The notes: generated by a model not told the origin, from the sequence alone. DNA of 63,994 nt, filler included, from Stramenopiles sp. TOSAG23-6 (GCA_900128565.1; 9 parts of 9 records of this genome joined end to end with filler, not necessarily neighbours in it), one strand, 5' to 3'. Shown: positions 49,101 through 62,904, counted from the whole stretch's first letter. A program made the numbers and translations.

Positions 49101-50490
49101 TAAAGTCTAAACTTTCTAAGATTGGTTTTGTTCGTTGAAACCCAGTTGATATTTGAGGTACAGCTGAGCCACCAACTGTTGTACCCCCTAATCCAATACG
49201 ACTGTTATAACAATGCGCACCGTATGGGCATTGCAAACAGGACGCACCATTAGGACTGTATTTTCCAGTTGGACACACATCACAACTGCGATTATCTTCA
49301 GAAACACGAGATCCTTGATCACATGCAACATCATAAAATGAAAAAATAGTTGTGTCTACATCTTCCCAATCCTTTTCAAGGGAGGATCCATTACACACCA
49401 TCTTGCTATCACAAGTAATTGCGTCAACTTCTGAGTATCCCACTGATAGGGCTGCGTTAAAGTGACTCTGGATTAGGGCTGTACCGTAGTCATTACCTTT
49501 GCTACCTGCTTGAGTTTTCCATAGAAGTTTCCCAGCAGCATTCCACCTTAATAGAGATACATCTTTATTCCCACACGCAATAATTCCACCAGATGTTGAG
49601 CACTGCCCCATGTCACCATCAGTATTTACAAGTATATATATATCAGTATCAGCGTTTGCTATAACTGAGCATTTTTCTTTTTCATTTATAGTTTTGCACT
49701 CAAGTTTAGGCTCAATGTACAAATCTTGTGGAATGTCAATTGTTGTTGTTTTTTTACCTACATCGACGTTGCGTACCTTACTTCCAAATGTATGCACCCA
49801 TTCAACACCGCGCTTATGTAATGCCGAGTCAGGATTAAACCGTAAAATAAACCCATCATTGTCATTGCACGTGGAGTTTTCGCTGCATATTTTTTTCTCC
49901 ATACTTTCGGTCCACCCGGTAGCATAGAGATACCCTGCGAAGTCCGTCGCGAGTGCAGTGATTGCTTCCCCTTTGCTACCGCCCATTAAATGCATCCATG
50001 TAATAGTGAAACTATCTTTGAAGGTACTCAGTCCGTAACCAACAGGACAAGGATTTGTCTTTGAATCACAAAGATCTGGATGTGTATAGTCATCACCGTT
50101 TAAATATGTCTTTCGTTCAAAACGAATAATTAATAAATCGGTACTCCCTCCACATTCAAAACCGTCTCCAGCGACCATCTCATAGCAAGCCCCACCCCAC
50201 ATATCTGTTGTTGTACCCGCGACATAAATTACTTTATCGTTATCCGATGGAGCAACAGCTAAAGCTTCTTCATCATAAATATCTCCAAATTGAATTGCAC
50301 GGTGTACCAAGCCATTAGTCATGTCAATCTCCATTAAAAACATGTCCTTAGCAAGAGGGTTTCTATTAATTGCGTTGCATCGCATCTGAATTTTAAAACT
50401 AAAATCATTTTCAGTTACACAATATTGTGCAAAAGCTTCACCTAGACCTAAACCAGGTGCAGGCGCTGTAGTAGTACCAACGAGATACAT
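46104..50490 (-). CDS. Large receptor-like membrane protein (beta-propeller repeats, Cys-rich region, multi-TM) with an internal HMG-box-like segment; 5'-truncated; intron 47844-47943
   Basis: TDFAGYLYATGWTES/DGFILRF propeller repeats, CDVCPTGKYS..CLQCPYGAHC, and RFRFLHGEYRAGFYMFEVMEMFRKL in the TM region. Confidence 0.8.
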
Positions 50491-50642
50491 ATATTTTGGA
50501 AAAATATTTAAAAAAAAAAACTAAAATTTGTTAGGTACAAAANNNNNNNNNNNNNNNNNNNNNNNNNNNNNNNNNNNNNNNNNNNNTTAATTAATTAANN
50601 NNNNNNNNNNNNNNNNNNNNNNNNNNNNNNNNNNNNNNNNNN

Positions 50643-51048
50643 GTGATTTTATTATCGCAATTTGCGGTCTGCATTTTTTTTTTGCGTAAAAATCTTCGCA
50701 AATTTCGATTGAAATTTACGTAAAAAGTAAATTTACGTAAATTCTTTTGACGGTCTTTTTAACGATAGTATTTTGTTTATGACAGTATTTTTCAAGTTTT
50801 TCTTTCAAAATTACTAGCAAATTTTTCTTATGGGTAGAAACACGTAGTCGTGACTAGTCAACAGTATGAGTCGCGATTGGATTGACTGTCAAAAAAAATG
50901 TCAAATTGACAAATTCGCGAAACTTTAAAAAATTGATATCAAAAATTTTCTCAAAAAAATTATTTTTTCAGTGATTTTTGTAAAACAGATTTTTTTTACG
51001 CAAAAAAAAAAAAAAAATGCAGACCGCAAATTGCGATAATAAAATCAC
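50643..51048. mobile_element. MITE-like element (second copy)
   Basis: Same terminal inverted repeats as 7250-7655. Confidence 0.8.
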
Positions 51049-51240
51049 TCTATTTAGATTCAAGAAGGTCGAACTCTTTTCTTTGATTTTTGGTTAATTA
51101 ATTTCGTAGAGAACGTTTTTTTCCGATTTTTCGTGTTTTTCAGGAACTCATAATGAACAGCAAAGAACCAGCAAAGAACAGGAATTACTTGCTTTCGCTT
51201 TCAAAGCATTCAGCATATACACCCTATTATATCATTCAAA

Positions 51241-51858
51241 ATGGAGAAAACAACATTCTTGTCAATACTTCTTTTAGTATTGACTACTGCACTTCAAACT
51301 GAATGTGCAACAGAGATTGAAGACGTTTCTTCAATACCAGAACCAGAATACATGCCCGATGAGCCTCATGCTACTACTCCATCTTTCGACAACTTGCCAG
51401 ATGATAATCTTGTAAGAATACTTGAATTTCTCCCTGTGAAAGATTTTTTAAAAGCTTCTCAAGTTTCAAGAAATTTTCGTCGTCAATCTCGTTTAGTAAT
51501 GTCTCCTGAAGAATTTAATACTTTAAAATATATTCGTGCTCAGATAATGGACAACCCAAGTTTTAAAAGTACTTTACCCGAAGCAGTTTTTCTCAGTCAA
51601 GCTAATGCATCGTGTGTAAAGAACTTTGAAAGTGAAGATGAATTTCAGGAGTACTTGACCGAGAACGTAATATCGATAGTCCCTGATAGGGATAAAAAAA
51701 TTTATTATGCTTATTATTGTAAAAATGCGACAACCGGAAGGATCACTGTATGTGTCGCCTGTAAAGGCTACCTTCATGGGGGATATTCATCGAATTATGG
51801 GAGTGATAAGAGTGGCATCGTCAAAGATGAAAATATACACTCTGTACTTTTGAAATGA
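51241..51858 (+). CDS. Signal peptide + F-box protein (duplicate)
   Basis: Identical translation to 7881-8498. Confidence 0.75.
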   Translation: MEKTTFLSILLLVLTTALQTECATEIEDVSSIPEPEYMPDEPHATTPSFDNLPDDNLVRILEFLPVKDFLKASQVSRNFRRQSRLVMSPEEFNTLKYIRAQIMDNPSFKSTLPEAVFLSQANASCVKNFESEDEFQEYLTENVISIVPDRDKKIYYAYYCKNATTGRITVCVACKGYLHGGYSSNYGSDKSGIVKDENIHSVLLK

Positions 51859-52150
51859 AAATGGAACAACGCTCCAGATGAAAATGTACATTCTCTACTT
51901 TGGAAAAGCAAACAAGTAAAACAATGATTTATTTTTCATAGTAAGAAAATCCATGAAATTTCAAATGTTTTGTTGTGAATGAGAATTCGATCCAACATTG
52001 CATAAAGTGCGCCAAACCATTGGATACATCCAAGAAAAAAAGAGATTTTATTAAAGGGAATTGTAAAAATAAAGAAACCTTTTTTATATCAATCTTTATA
52101 ATCCAATTTTATTTTGATTTTAACCGGTATGCTCTTTATACTATTAAATT

Positions 52151-55100
52151 TCACCTTCGTTGGCGGCTACTTCTGCTCTTGCTCCTTATCCTTCTGCTCT
52201 TGCTCTTGCTCCTTATCCTCCTGCTCTTGCTCTTGCTCCTCACCCTCCTGCTTTTGCTCTTGCTCCTCCTCCTGCCCTTGCTCTTGCTCCGGGTCCTCTT
52301 GCACCTACATGGAAGGAAAATCTGTTGCATTAAAATCTTCTTTGTAATATAATTTATATTGGAAAGGCAATGTTGAAACATAAAAGTTTTAAACCTCACT
52401 AAAACTATCGAAAAGATCACTAAAACTATCATCGAAAAGACGAAACCTCTTTTCTTCCAAATAGATGCATTATATTCGCACACAATGCGCTTATGTTGGC
52501 AGTCTCTGCAGTATCTCACTTGTATGTGAAATGCTATAAAATTTCCCTCTCCAGCGAATAATGAAACTTCATCATTATCAAATGTACATGTCCAATAGGG
52601 ATGATAATTCGTCTTTAAAACAACAATGCCAGGAACCCACTCATGTTCATTGCCAGCTTCTACAAATTTTGCGTTAACTCTCACAGAGCATTCATACATA
52701 TTGACTCCAACAAGTTCATCAAATATCTCAAGGTTAAGTGTGTCTCTGACTTCTTGAGTAAGGTCGCCATTAGTATATTTTTGTGGCATTTTATTAGCGT
52801 CTGCTTTATCTTGAAATGCTTCTTTATTCAAATATAGTTCACTTGCAATTTCAATGTCACGATTTCTCTCTTTATCGGCGTGAATTTCTATTTGTGCGAT
52901 ATATCCATGATTACCAGTAGACTTTTTATCCTTTAAAGATGCATTGGTACTTTTAGGATGCCCGAGTTTAAATATATTTAATGTTTTGTTGGCATCCCTT
53001 AATTTGACCGTGACAGCGACAATTTTGCTCTGATACAATCGATCAGCCGAAATCATTGTAGTCATTTCGCCTTTGGTGGTATCATTATCAATGACAATTA
53101 TTGCAACTGCTCCAAGTTTCTCCATGGCAGTTACTTTATCTACAAATGTACATTTCCCCCGACGTACAATGACAATAGATCCTTTAATCATTTCTTTATT
53201 GTGAGTGGGTATCTCATCATTGCATCCATCCGCTGGATCTGCCCAAATCAAGATTGAACTCTTTGCCATTTCAGTAATTGAAAAATCAGCTGCTACGCAA
53301 GGAACAGTTTTGATCATTTCATTGTCATTATTGCTAGTAGAAGATACATTTTGATAAAAAGTAACTTTGTAGACACTATTAAAAAACTGACCACCGCACA
53401 TACAGCCATCCCCATTGTGTGCTCGAATTCCTTTTTGCCTGCATTCCTCCGAAAAACAACACGGATGATTTGTGAAAAAATATTTCAAACATTTGAAATT
53501 CGTTAGGTACGAAATTCCATACGAAAAAAAAATATAAATTTGAAATGGAAGAGGACAACATACATGGCATGAATTTTTTGTATCTTTTTTTCTATCACTA
53601 AGTGAGGAACCACACCAACATTCATCACCATTTTGAATAGCAGCAAATTTTTCTCCTTTACGTTTACATATTTCAACACACTCAACGGGATGACTGTCTT
53701 GTTTTCCAGAGAATGTAAACATCCGACTTTGTTTGGATTTACCATCTTCAAAACATCCTTCATAATAATCTCCACAAACTTTCTGCTGTGAATGAAGTTT
53801 AATCATTTCGGGACCTGATAGAGTCAGCGTACAATATGTTTTAGGTTTCGTAGATTTAGTTCGCTCACGAAGTATAGTAGTTGATGCATCCGCATCATTT
53901 ACGGTTTGCTTGGAATTCATCATTGATGAAGATTTACTAATTTTTAAAAAATCTTTCGCAATACCTTCCGGTACACTTTCTGAATTAATTTTTAATTGAA
54001 ATACGCTAAAATACCCAAAAGGCTTAATAGACTTGACTCGAAAAAGTACAAATGGTGTAATTGAAACATGCTCATTAGATTTTGCTAATTTATCCCTTGA
54101 AATAGACACTAATTCAATTTTTTCTAAAAAGTCTGGATACGTCATCGCATCTTTCTGAAGATAATACTCTTTTGTTGGCATTACAATGTATTGTGAAAAA
54201 TGTGTTACATTCGAACTTTGTTAGGTACGAAATTTGGTACAAAAAAAATAAATTTGAAATTAATAATGAAAACGTACATGTATTGTACATTAAATTGTTC
54301 GCAATGCGATAGCTGAGTGTAATCAAATGTGGACACTGCCAACAGAGCTGCAGGAGCAAGCTGATGAAACCTCGGACCAAGCATGTCAAATCCATGTTCT
54401 TGTAGAGGTGCGTTTACATTTATTGTGAAAAAATATTTCGCGGATTTTTTTTATTAGGTACAAAATCTCGTATTAAAAAAAAGTTGAAATTAAAAAAAAA
54501 ATAAACATACTACCCATTTCGAATTAAAGTGCCAAAATCCAGCAAATATTCGTCCAGGTTTTAGTTCCTGTTGTCGTTTCAGAGTAAACACCAAGTCAGA
54601 GAACGAATGAGCCCAAAATGATTCTTGAAATCCCCCAGTTTTGTTTTGATAATACAAATGCCCACTTGCTTGACCCCATTTTGAATTTTCTTTATGCAAT
54701 GCAAAATTAGCACGTTCAACATTTCTTGAAATTATTGCATATCGGAATAATATTGAGCCGGTAAACATACAGAAAAATAAGTTTCGAATTATGGAAATAT
54801 TTCTTCTTGTTTTTTTTTTTCTGGTAATTCTAATAATTCTTTGATACAATATAATAAGTATTTCCATAAATATCGCGGATAGAAAGAGACCAAAAATGTG
54901 TACACCGCAAATAAACCGATGCAAATGTAAATCTTTCGAAAAAGGAAACATATTAATAATGTTTCCAAAAAATGCTGTTTTACGTCCCGAAAACATGAAA
55001 CATTGTATGATAAAAGAGACAATTATCCAGAAAGACAGATCTACGAGAAATAATAGTTTTGGTACAGGTAAAATGTCTTTGTGTACGATTTTCTGTATAA

Positions 55101-56748
55101 AAACATGATCATTGTATACAATGATTATAAGAATACATATAATCGATAGAAAACCACAAATACATAGAACTGTTATTGGCGCCAGTACAAAAATGGATCC
55201 CATCCAAAAACGCCATTTGTTAATTAATGTATTATATGCGTCATTTTGACCGACAATCCTATTTGCTTCGGGCATTTTAGCATCAAAGATATTACCAGAA
55301 AAAAATGATTTTAGAAACCATAGAACCCCAACCGAATCTTTTTTCCAAGTCCGACTTTCTCCACCCCCATTTGCAACAGCATGATGATTTAATAAAAATG
55401 GAATTATGAAATATGCACATAGTGAAAATGACACAATACCAACACCAGCAATTAGTCTGATACGGTGTATAGCTCTCGGATAACTTGTATATATGTTTTC
55501 CATTGTTGTTTTTCGTTTTTTTCTTTTTTTTCGTTTTTCAGGAGGTTTTTTAATACAGTTATGAAAGAAACTTTGAGGGACGAAAAATAATGCACATATA
55601 GAAACTATGGCAATATAACCGCAAATTATGTTCGACATTACAACAGTCGCAAGAGCAACACCAGAAATAAAAACGTCAAATAGGAATTTATTCATATCTA
55701 CTGTTTTTAATGTTGTTCTGTGTAAAATTGTTTTGGCAGTAAAAGTCAATGCTGGGAAGATTGCAGCAACTGCGAATATTTGTGTCCATAATCCAGACCC
55801 ATGCATTGTGAAAAAAATCAAAATTTGTTTTTTTCGTTAGGTATGAAATTTTCTTTTCATTAAAAAAAAAAAATGATATGTAAGTGGATGATGTACATGG
55901 TGTACATAGCTTCCCCAACCGATGCCATAACTATTCAAGATATTTGGCGACATGTCATTTATTACAACAAATAATACAGCTGGTACTGCTGAAGACCAAG
56001 TATTGTGAAAAAATATTTTAGAAAAAAATCATTAGGTACGGAATTGCGTAGGAAAAAAAAAATTGAAATTTATCATGGAAACGTACATGGATGTAAAGAT
56101 AAATGTTGAAAAGAATAGTAAATAATACAAGGCATCAAAACTAAAACCGCACAAGCACTAAGATCTGTACTGTAACCATAGGAATTTGTCACATAATATC
56201 CAAATATTGAGTAAAGATCTGATCGTAATCTTTCAAACCAAACACCAGTATTGTGAAAAAATATTCAAAAAAAAAAAAAGTTGTTAGACGCGGAATTTTG
56301 TACGACAAAAAAAAAATGATATTAATGATGTAAATGTACATAATAAGTAAGGCCAATGTTGATAATGACTTGTCAAAGGAAAGCCACAACCAATACCAGG
56401 AAGATAAAAGTCCATCGTCCATACAGATCTATGACGAGACGCAAAATCCACAATGACTCGGTGAAGTAATTGATCATTTCCAGCATATGGAAGAAAAGAG
56501 AAATGTTCAGAGAGCTTTACTAGAGAAAAACATGTAGCGATACCCACAAATGCTTGTGCAAGTAACTTAGAACATGAAAAGTTCACTGATAATAGGCCAA
56601 TGATAAAGAAAATACTCTCTGGTCGGTAAATCCAAGTTTCTAATGTTGTATAAAAAAAAAATACACCAAAAAGTGTGTAGTATACGCAGAAGCTATATCC
56701 TACTATAAGATGCGAGTCTTCCATTTCTTCTACCATTTCTTCTACCAT
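52151..56748 (-). CDS. GT-C-like/WSC/PA membrane protein (duplicate)
   Basis: Same ORFs and introns as 8791-13388. Confidence 0.75.
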
Positions 56749-57083
56749 TTCTTTTAAGAGTTCTTCAAATAATTTTCTATAAATCTCTCACAACTATCTA
56801 CTTCATCATTGGCTTATATATGATATCGTTTTTATCCAATAATACAGGTGTACTTGTAGTAAAATAGGTTGATTGAGCCCCAAAATTTGTTTTTTGTTTT
56901 TTTCAAAAAATAACGGTCAATAACGGTTGTTTTCTCCGTCTTTCAGTTATTCCCTTGTTCAGTCTTTGCAACTGTGGGAAGGTTCGAAGTTCCAACGCCA
57001 AAATACAAAATACAAAATGACAACGTTATTTACGACATCCAATAAGGCATAATGCGTTCACCGTAGCTTAACGAAACAGAAGA

Positions 57084-57702
57084 ATGTATTCTAAGCAACA
57101 GCAATATCTTCGCCATAGTTACTTATCGAGAAAGCTAAGATTAAAGGGTAATAGTATGTCGATTAAGCGAAATAGGGAATACAAAGAAGTTTCTAATAAA
57201 ACAAAGACAGCAATTTTAATTGCATCAGGACTCCCAAAGAGTAAACCTCCTGTTCAAATGAATCGTCCAGCAACAGCTCAAAGCTCATCAAAATGCAAAT
57301 ACATCATTCAGTCCAAAAAAACTAAATTAAAAAAAAGGCGAGTACTTGTACGCAATCAAAAAGTAGAGTTACATCCTAAATCAGTGACTGATCAAAAAGT
57401 ATATCGTCAAGCAGTAACTCGCGTTACTCAACAACCTAAACGGAAAATACATTCACATGGTCACATCAGTGCATACTCTGGAAAACGCGCAGATAATAGA
57501 AAATCTATGCACCATGCAAGAGTTCTTGTGAGAGCATTTGCAATCGAGAACTTTTCAACAAAGGCAAAACATAGTCTTGATATTACTCAGTGGAAAGCTA
57601 TAGTTGCTGCGCAAATCATTCAGGCATGGTGGAAGCTTTTACTCGCCGAACGTCAAATGGTTCGATTATTCTTGGCTGAACAAGTCACAGATATACAGGC
57701 AT
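57084..57702 (+). CDS. IQ-like motif protein, partial (duplicate)
   Basis: Identical translation to 13724-14342. Confidence 0.6.
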
Positions 57703-58089
57703 GTATGTTTTATTTTTTTCAATTTCGAATTTATTTTTCGTACGAAATTTTGTACNNNNNNNNNNNNNNNNNNNNNNNNNNNNNNNNNNNNNNNNNNNNT
57801 TAATTAATTAANNNNNNNNNNNNNNNNNNNNNNNNNNNNNNNNNNNNNNNNNNNNTAAATAATAATAATAATAAAATAAACTTGGTTTTTGTTAGTGTTC
57901 AAATTTATTGAACAAAACTTTTTTTTTCCAATCTCGATTTCAGCAAAAATTACTACACTACTTACCAGATCCTTATCATTTCCAATCAAATTTTGCCGCC
58001 AAGGGCTTTATAATTATCCAACTCCGTATCGTACCACTTATCGCACCAGCCACGCGACTTCCACTCAACTGGGCATGGATTTTCATACT

Positions 58090-58779
58090 CTAGTAGCAGT
58101 CTTTAACATTAAATTTCTTAACTTCCATAACTTTATACCAGTAATCGCAGATTCCATTCGACTTCCACTCAACTGGGCATGGGTCTTTCAACAAGCACAA
58201 CTTAAATCTTGCCAATGTTGTATGATGATCCGAACGTTTTACTTTTGTTCTCCCTTTACGATGAAAGCCACAGGGATTTTTGTAAGTATTAAAATAAAAA
58301 TCACCAGAATAAATGAAGCATCCTGCAATATCATTTTTGTTAAATTCAAAAAAAAATTTTTTTTTGTTTTTTTTTGTTTTTTTATCCAAATAATGCAAAT
58401 ATTCACATTCTCGTCTTGTTAAGCCACATATCTCTTCTCCTTTACTTAGATTGCTTTGACTTAGATTTCTTTGTATACGGGTCCTGTTATTACGTGAAAA
58501 GTTACAGCGATTAGGGTAAATATTAAAATAATAATTATTAGATGTATCCTTAAAGCATCCTGGAATGTCACGTCCATCATTAATTTCGAAAAAATTATGG
58601 CGGCTGGGGACCAATTTGCTACAATCGTTTTTTGTATAGCCACATATCGGATATCCCACTTTTTTTGTCACTGGTCTACCCCATGCGCATGGGTGAAATG
58701 GTGCTTTTTCATCGCAGCAGCCATAATTCTCATTTTTGCAATCAGCATATCCATCTTCGCAGCAGCTTTGTCCATACAT
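58090..58779 (-). CDS. Cys-rich protein with an internal repeat; possibly a gene fragment or pseudogene
   Basis: Two ICG.T...C...F.....DI.GCF.....YFN.Y.N.C.F units; an in-frame TGA lies just upstream of the ATG. Confidence 0.5.
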   Translation of the reverse strand: MYGQSCCEDGYADCKNENYGCCDEKAPFHPCAWGRPVTKKVGYPICGYTKNDCSKLVPSRHNFFEINDGRDIPGCFKDTSNNYYFNIYPNRCNFSRNNRTRIQRNLSQSNLSKGEEICGLTRRECEYLHYLDKKTKKNKKKFFFEFNKNDIAGCFIYSGDFYFNTYKNPCGFHRKGRTKVKRSDHHTTLARFKLCLLKDPCPVEWKSNGICDYWYKVMEVKKFNVKDCY

Positions 58780-60102
58780 CTTGCCTTCTCAATGGTGTAC
58801 CGCATTACCGGACTCCGAAAAACATAGAGGGTAGGAAGAACTGGCATAAAGTTATCCGTCGTCTAAATGCTCACGAAGCTCAACGCTGTAAAAATCGTAA
58901 CGGTGCTACCAACGATTCTTGCGGCAATACAATCAAGCGCAAAAGGATCATTGGTATTACACCATCGAAACCAGCACCATTATCAACGTTTAATCGTACT
59001 GTTAAACGTACTTGTATTCGTGTTCCCACACAGCAGAATATGTATAGCGCGCAGGAGAGGTTAGTACGCCTTGAGGTTGCTAGAATAATGGCTCAACACC
59101 GGGTTAGAAGTAACCACCAAAATATAATAAATCATTCTTACCCTGCAGCAAGATATCCAGCTACTGTTTTCAAGACATATCCAAAGTTTAGTAGCTGGTA
59201 ATTTCAGTTGGGTATATAAACTACATATATTATGAACATTTATAGTATAAAACAAAAATAAACAAAGAGTTTCTATCACAATATTTACTTTGAACCACAT
59301 TGACTTTTTTGTGTCAATATATTTTATTTTACTTACTATATATCAATTGACTTCTATGTTATTAATAGACTGGAATAGAACTCAGAGACTGAAATAGATT
59401 TTACGAAAACAATGACAAGAGTTGGAACATTTGAGATGACGCTTCTTTACAATAACTGGGCATTTTTATTTACATTCTTGTGAAAAATATTCCACTGGTG
59501 TAACTATATATTTTGGTATTATCAGAGATATGTATTTTTCTCACTAAATAAATTATTCGTAATATACATTGACACACACACAAAAAAGAATAAGAAGTCT
59601 TCAAGAAGAAAGAGAAACTAATTTCTGGAACAGGTTTGTGATGTCATAGGGAATAACCCTAACCCTACATATATACGTTACGAAGAAAAAAAAGGAAAAA
59701 AAAAGTAGCAAAGAAAAGTCACGTGATCCTTCCAACCACTCATAGATTCGTTACATGTACAATTATATTGGGTATTTGGTGGTGGCCTCTTTAAACTCTC
59801 TGGATGGATGATTATCTATCGGTAATTACCTTGGGCTTTGTGCTTTATGCAACACAATCATACTTGTTCTCGTAAATTATAATGGTGCGTCCAGTTTGAA
59901 GATAAAGTGTGAGTTATAACGTTTACGAACGAGTACCAATAGGTTTCTTACAGATTGCTTTTAACAAAGCGATCCTTTCACAAGGTATCTGGTCACAAGG
60001 TATCTGGCTGTGTTTGCATACTTCTAAAGCAAAGTTATTTAGCGAAACGGAAAGTTAATTAGCAATCGCAGATAGTTTCTCATCACTGAAATTACATTTA
60101 TA

Positions 60103-61062
60103 ATGATCTCAAGCTTTTTACTGAAACAAACTCCTTCCTATTTTAGACATCATCGAAGCCTTTACGGAGTTTTGTGTACACCTTTCAGATTTGGTGCTTC
60201 CAATGCATATGGAGTTAACACTTCATACACAACTTTTCTAAGAAGAAAAATGTTTACATTTCATGTTAAACATCGTAGTATGCATATGCTTGACATTGCG
60301 CATTGCTCGTTTTCGACCACCATAGAGATAGTTCGTTCGAAACCTTTTACATTTCAATTGGCTTTGTGTACAGGAAAGACACTCCTTGCAGATTATTTGG
60401 CACAAAAGTACATTGAAGGATATGATGCAATTGATTGGCGACGAAACATTGCATTTGGTGTTTTCGGGTTTTTATATCTTGGTGCCATACAGTATGGCAT
60501 GTATGTGAATCTTTATAGTAAAATGTTTCCTGGAATGGAACGTTTTGCAAACAAAACTCTTCGCGCAAAATGGAGAAACAAGCCAGGCTTACAGCAGCTT
60601 TCAAAACAAGTATTGGTAGATGTTTTGGTCATTGGACCCTTTATCTATTATCCTGCTTTTTATCTAACGAAACACTGTATTCAAACTTGCTTTCCAAGAT
60701 CTTCTGTAACATCTGTTTCCAGTACTCCGAATAAGTATAGTGACAGTTTCTTTACGTGTGTTTTACAATCAGCTCAAATTGAATACCTTGAAAATTTCAA
60801 AGGAGATTTACAAATGAATAGCTTTCTTTGGATTCCATTGAATATAATCGTTTTTTCTGTACCAATGTGGTTCAGGTTGCCAGTTAGGCATATTTTTTCA
60901 TTGTTATGGACTTGCTGGTTGAGTTCATGTAGAGGTGCCCCAACGGGAACAGACGGTGAAGAAACTTCTACCAAACATTCAGCTGAGGAAATAATGTTCC
61001 GTCCTGGTTTTAGTTTTAGTAGTAATTCAGATCATTTGAATGTTGAAAGTACCCACGTATAG
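60103..61062 (+). CDS. Mpv17/PMP22 family membrane protein
   Basis: KTLLADYLAQK, IDWRRNIAFGVFGFLYLG and WIPLNIIVFSVPMWFRLP...LLWTCWLS. Confidence 0.85.
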   Translation: MISSFLLKQTPSYFRHHRSLYGVLCTPFRFGASNAYGVNTSYTTFLRRKMFTFHVKHRSMHMLDIAHCSFSTTIEIVRSKPFTFQLALCTGKTLLADYLAQKYIEGYDAIDWRRNIAFGVFGFLYLGAIQYGMYVNLYSKMFPGMERFANKTLRAKWRNKPGLQQLSKQVLVDVLVIGPFIYYPAFYLTKHCIQTCFPRSSVTSVSSTPNKYSDSFFTCVLQSAQIEYLENFKGDLQMNSFLWIPLNIIVFSVPMWFRLPVRHIFSLLWTCWLSSCRGAPTGTDGEETSTKHSAEEIMFRPGFSFSSNSDHLNVESTHV

Positions 61063-61639
61063 AGTAAATAAATAAAGTTGATGGTTATAGTTTTCAATTT
61101 ATCAAATAAATTTCTTTATGTTTTTAAAATTTCTTTGTCTCAATCAAACAAATTAGCTGTACAGTTACTACAACGCAAAATATCAAGATTACTTTTGATT
61201 TGCGATGATATTACCCACCATCGTTTCATAGTTTTGTTTAATCTGATATATTGATACATTTTTAAAAGAGTATTCATTGTGTAAAAATATGTTGGGTTTA
61301 GATAAACACGAAATCTCAGGTAAAGGAGGATGGATAATAATATTCTGAGCGAATCACTGATAAATATTGACTTTCATAGACATGGATTTAGATTAAGGAA
61401 TTTATTGCCCCGTGCGTAGCAATAGTAATATGCGGTGCTATACAAAACTGTTGATGAAAGTTACTAATATAGAGCTTTTTTATTTTGCTCAATAACATCA
61501 ATAACAATTACTATAAATCGAAATATCACAAAAAGTATTTTTTGTCAACGGAAAAAAAATGAAAAAAAAAAAAAGAAAAAAAAAGAAAAAAAACATCTCC
61601 AAGCTTCTTCTCTTTGGTTTAGAGTTTTGGGAAAAGTTA

Positions 61640-62719
61640 ATGGCGTCTTTAGCATGTAAAGCGGCTGCACGGCAATGTCGTCGATTTAGCATTTCATCCA
61701 CATGTAATATAAAGGATACTCTAGGAGCTACTGTTGACGTAGATGCATTTCATAGAGATGGTGTTGGTGTTGTCAAACAATTTGCGTCTCGTGAAGAGTG
61801 TGAAGAAATGATGGAACGTATGAAAACACTGATTGATTCTTGGGACCCAAAAACCGTCGAAGCTTTTCGAACTGATGAAAAGCAAACTGAAGCTCAGGGT
61901 CGAAGCGACTACTTTCTGGATAGTGCAGATCGTATTCACTTTTTTCTTGAGCCTGATGCTATTGATAAAAATGGCTGTATGCTCAAAACGGTAGAGAAAC
62001 AAAAGAGCATTAACAAAGTTGGCCACGGTCTACATTTGGCTGACCCAATATTCCGTAGATATTCATTCAGTCCAAAGATTGCTACTTTAACTCGGGCGTT
62101 AGGCTGGATTGATCCTGTACTGCCTCAGTCAATGTATATTTTTAAGCAACCCCAAATTGGAGGTGAAGTAACGTCACATCAGGATAGTACCTTTTTATAC
62201 ACTACTCCCCGTCAGACATGCTTAGGACTGTGGCTTGCACTGCAAGATGCAACGTTAACAAACGGTTGTATTTGGGCTCGTCCTGGATCACACAAGGAAC
62301 CTATCAGACGACATTTCAAACGGAATCCTGAATATTTTGGAGATTCAGCAAAAATTGTAGATAATATATGTAAAGGAGATCCAAACGCTTCGCAAATGGT
62401 ATTTGAAGAATTCGAAAAATTAGATGATTCTCCTGCACCTTGGGAAGGGAAAATACCGGAAGGTTTCCCACAAGAAAAGGCAGCTCGTGATGCAGGATTT
62501 GAGGCGTATCCTGTTCGCCAAGGTGACTTGATACTTATACATGGCGCGGTGGATCATATGAGTTTAGATAATTCTTCTAATTATAGTCGACATACATTTC
62601 AATTACATCTTATCGAAGGACCAAGTGTAGACATTGAGTGGAGTCCTCATAATTGGCTTCAGTTTCCACAAGGGAAACCATTCCCATTACTTAACGGAAT
62701 TGAAAATTACACACTGTAG
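61640..62719 (+). CDS. PHYHD1: Phytanoyl-CoA dioxygenase domain-containing protein
   Basis: DYFLDSADRIHFFLE, SINKVGHGLH, QSMYIFKQPQIGGEVTSHQDSTFL, NGCIWARPGSH and SRHTFQLH. Confidence 0.92.
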   Translation: MASLACKAAARQCRRFSISSTCNIKDTLGATVDVDAFHRDGVGVVKQFASREECEEMMERMKTLIDSWDPKTVEAFRTDEKQTEAQGRSDYFLDSADRIHFFLEPDAIDKNGCMLKTVEKQKSINKVGHGLHLADPIFRRYSFSPKIATLTRALGWIDPVLPQSMYIFKQPQIGGEVTSHQDSTFLYTTPRQTCLGLWLALQDATLTNGCIWARPGSHKEPIRRHFKRNPEYFGDSAKIVDNICKGDPNASQMVFEEFEKLDDSPAPWEGKIPEGFPQEKAARDAGFEAYPVRQGDLILIHGAVDHMSLDNSSNYSRHTFQLHLIEGPSVDIEWSPHNWLQFPQGKPFPLLNGIENYTL

Positions 62720-62838
62720 AAAGAAGACTAAAAAAGAAAAAAGAAGACTAAAAAAGAAAAAAGAAGGCTAAGAGAGAAAAAAGAAGACTAAAACAGAAAA
62801 AAGAAGGCTAAGAGAGAAAAAAGACGACTAAAAAAGAA
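62719..62838. repeat. Degenerate tandem repeat of about 20 nt (AAAAAAGAAGACTAAAAAAG), about 6 units
   Basis: Directly visible after the PHYHD1 stop codon. Confidence 0.85.
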
Positions 62839-62904
62839 TGAAAAACTGTGCCAATTTATGACTATTTTTTTATCTTTTCTATCCTTTGTATTTTGATTTA
62901 AAAC

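Larger units (their letters stand above)
50643..57755. repeat. Near-identical duplicate of contig 7250-14395
   Basis: Same ORF translations at offset 43360; the differences I saw lie at about 51120-51225. Confidence 0.97.

Noticed and set aside
58632-59201. 189-aa plus-strand ORF
   Set aside because: It has no recognisable motif and overlaps the better-supported minus-strand Cys-rich ORF.
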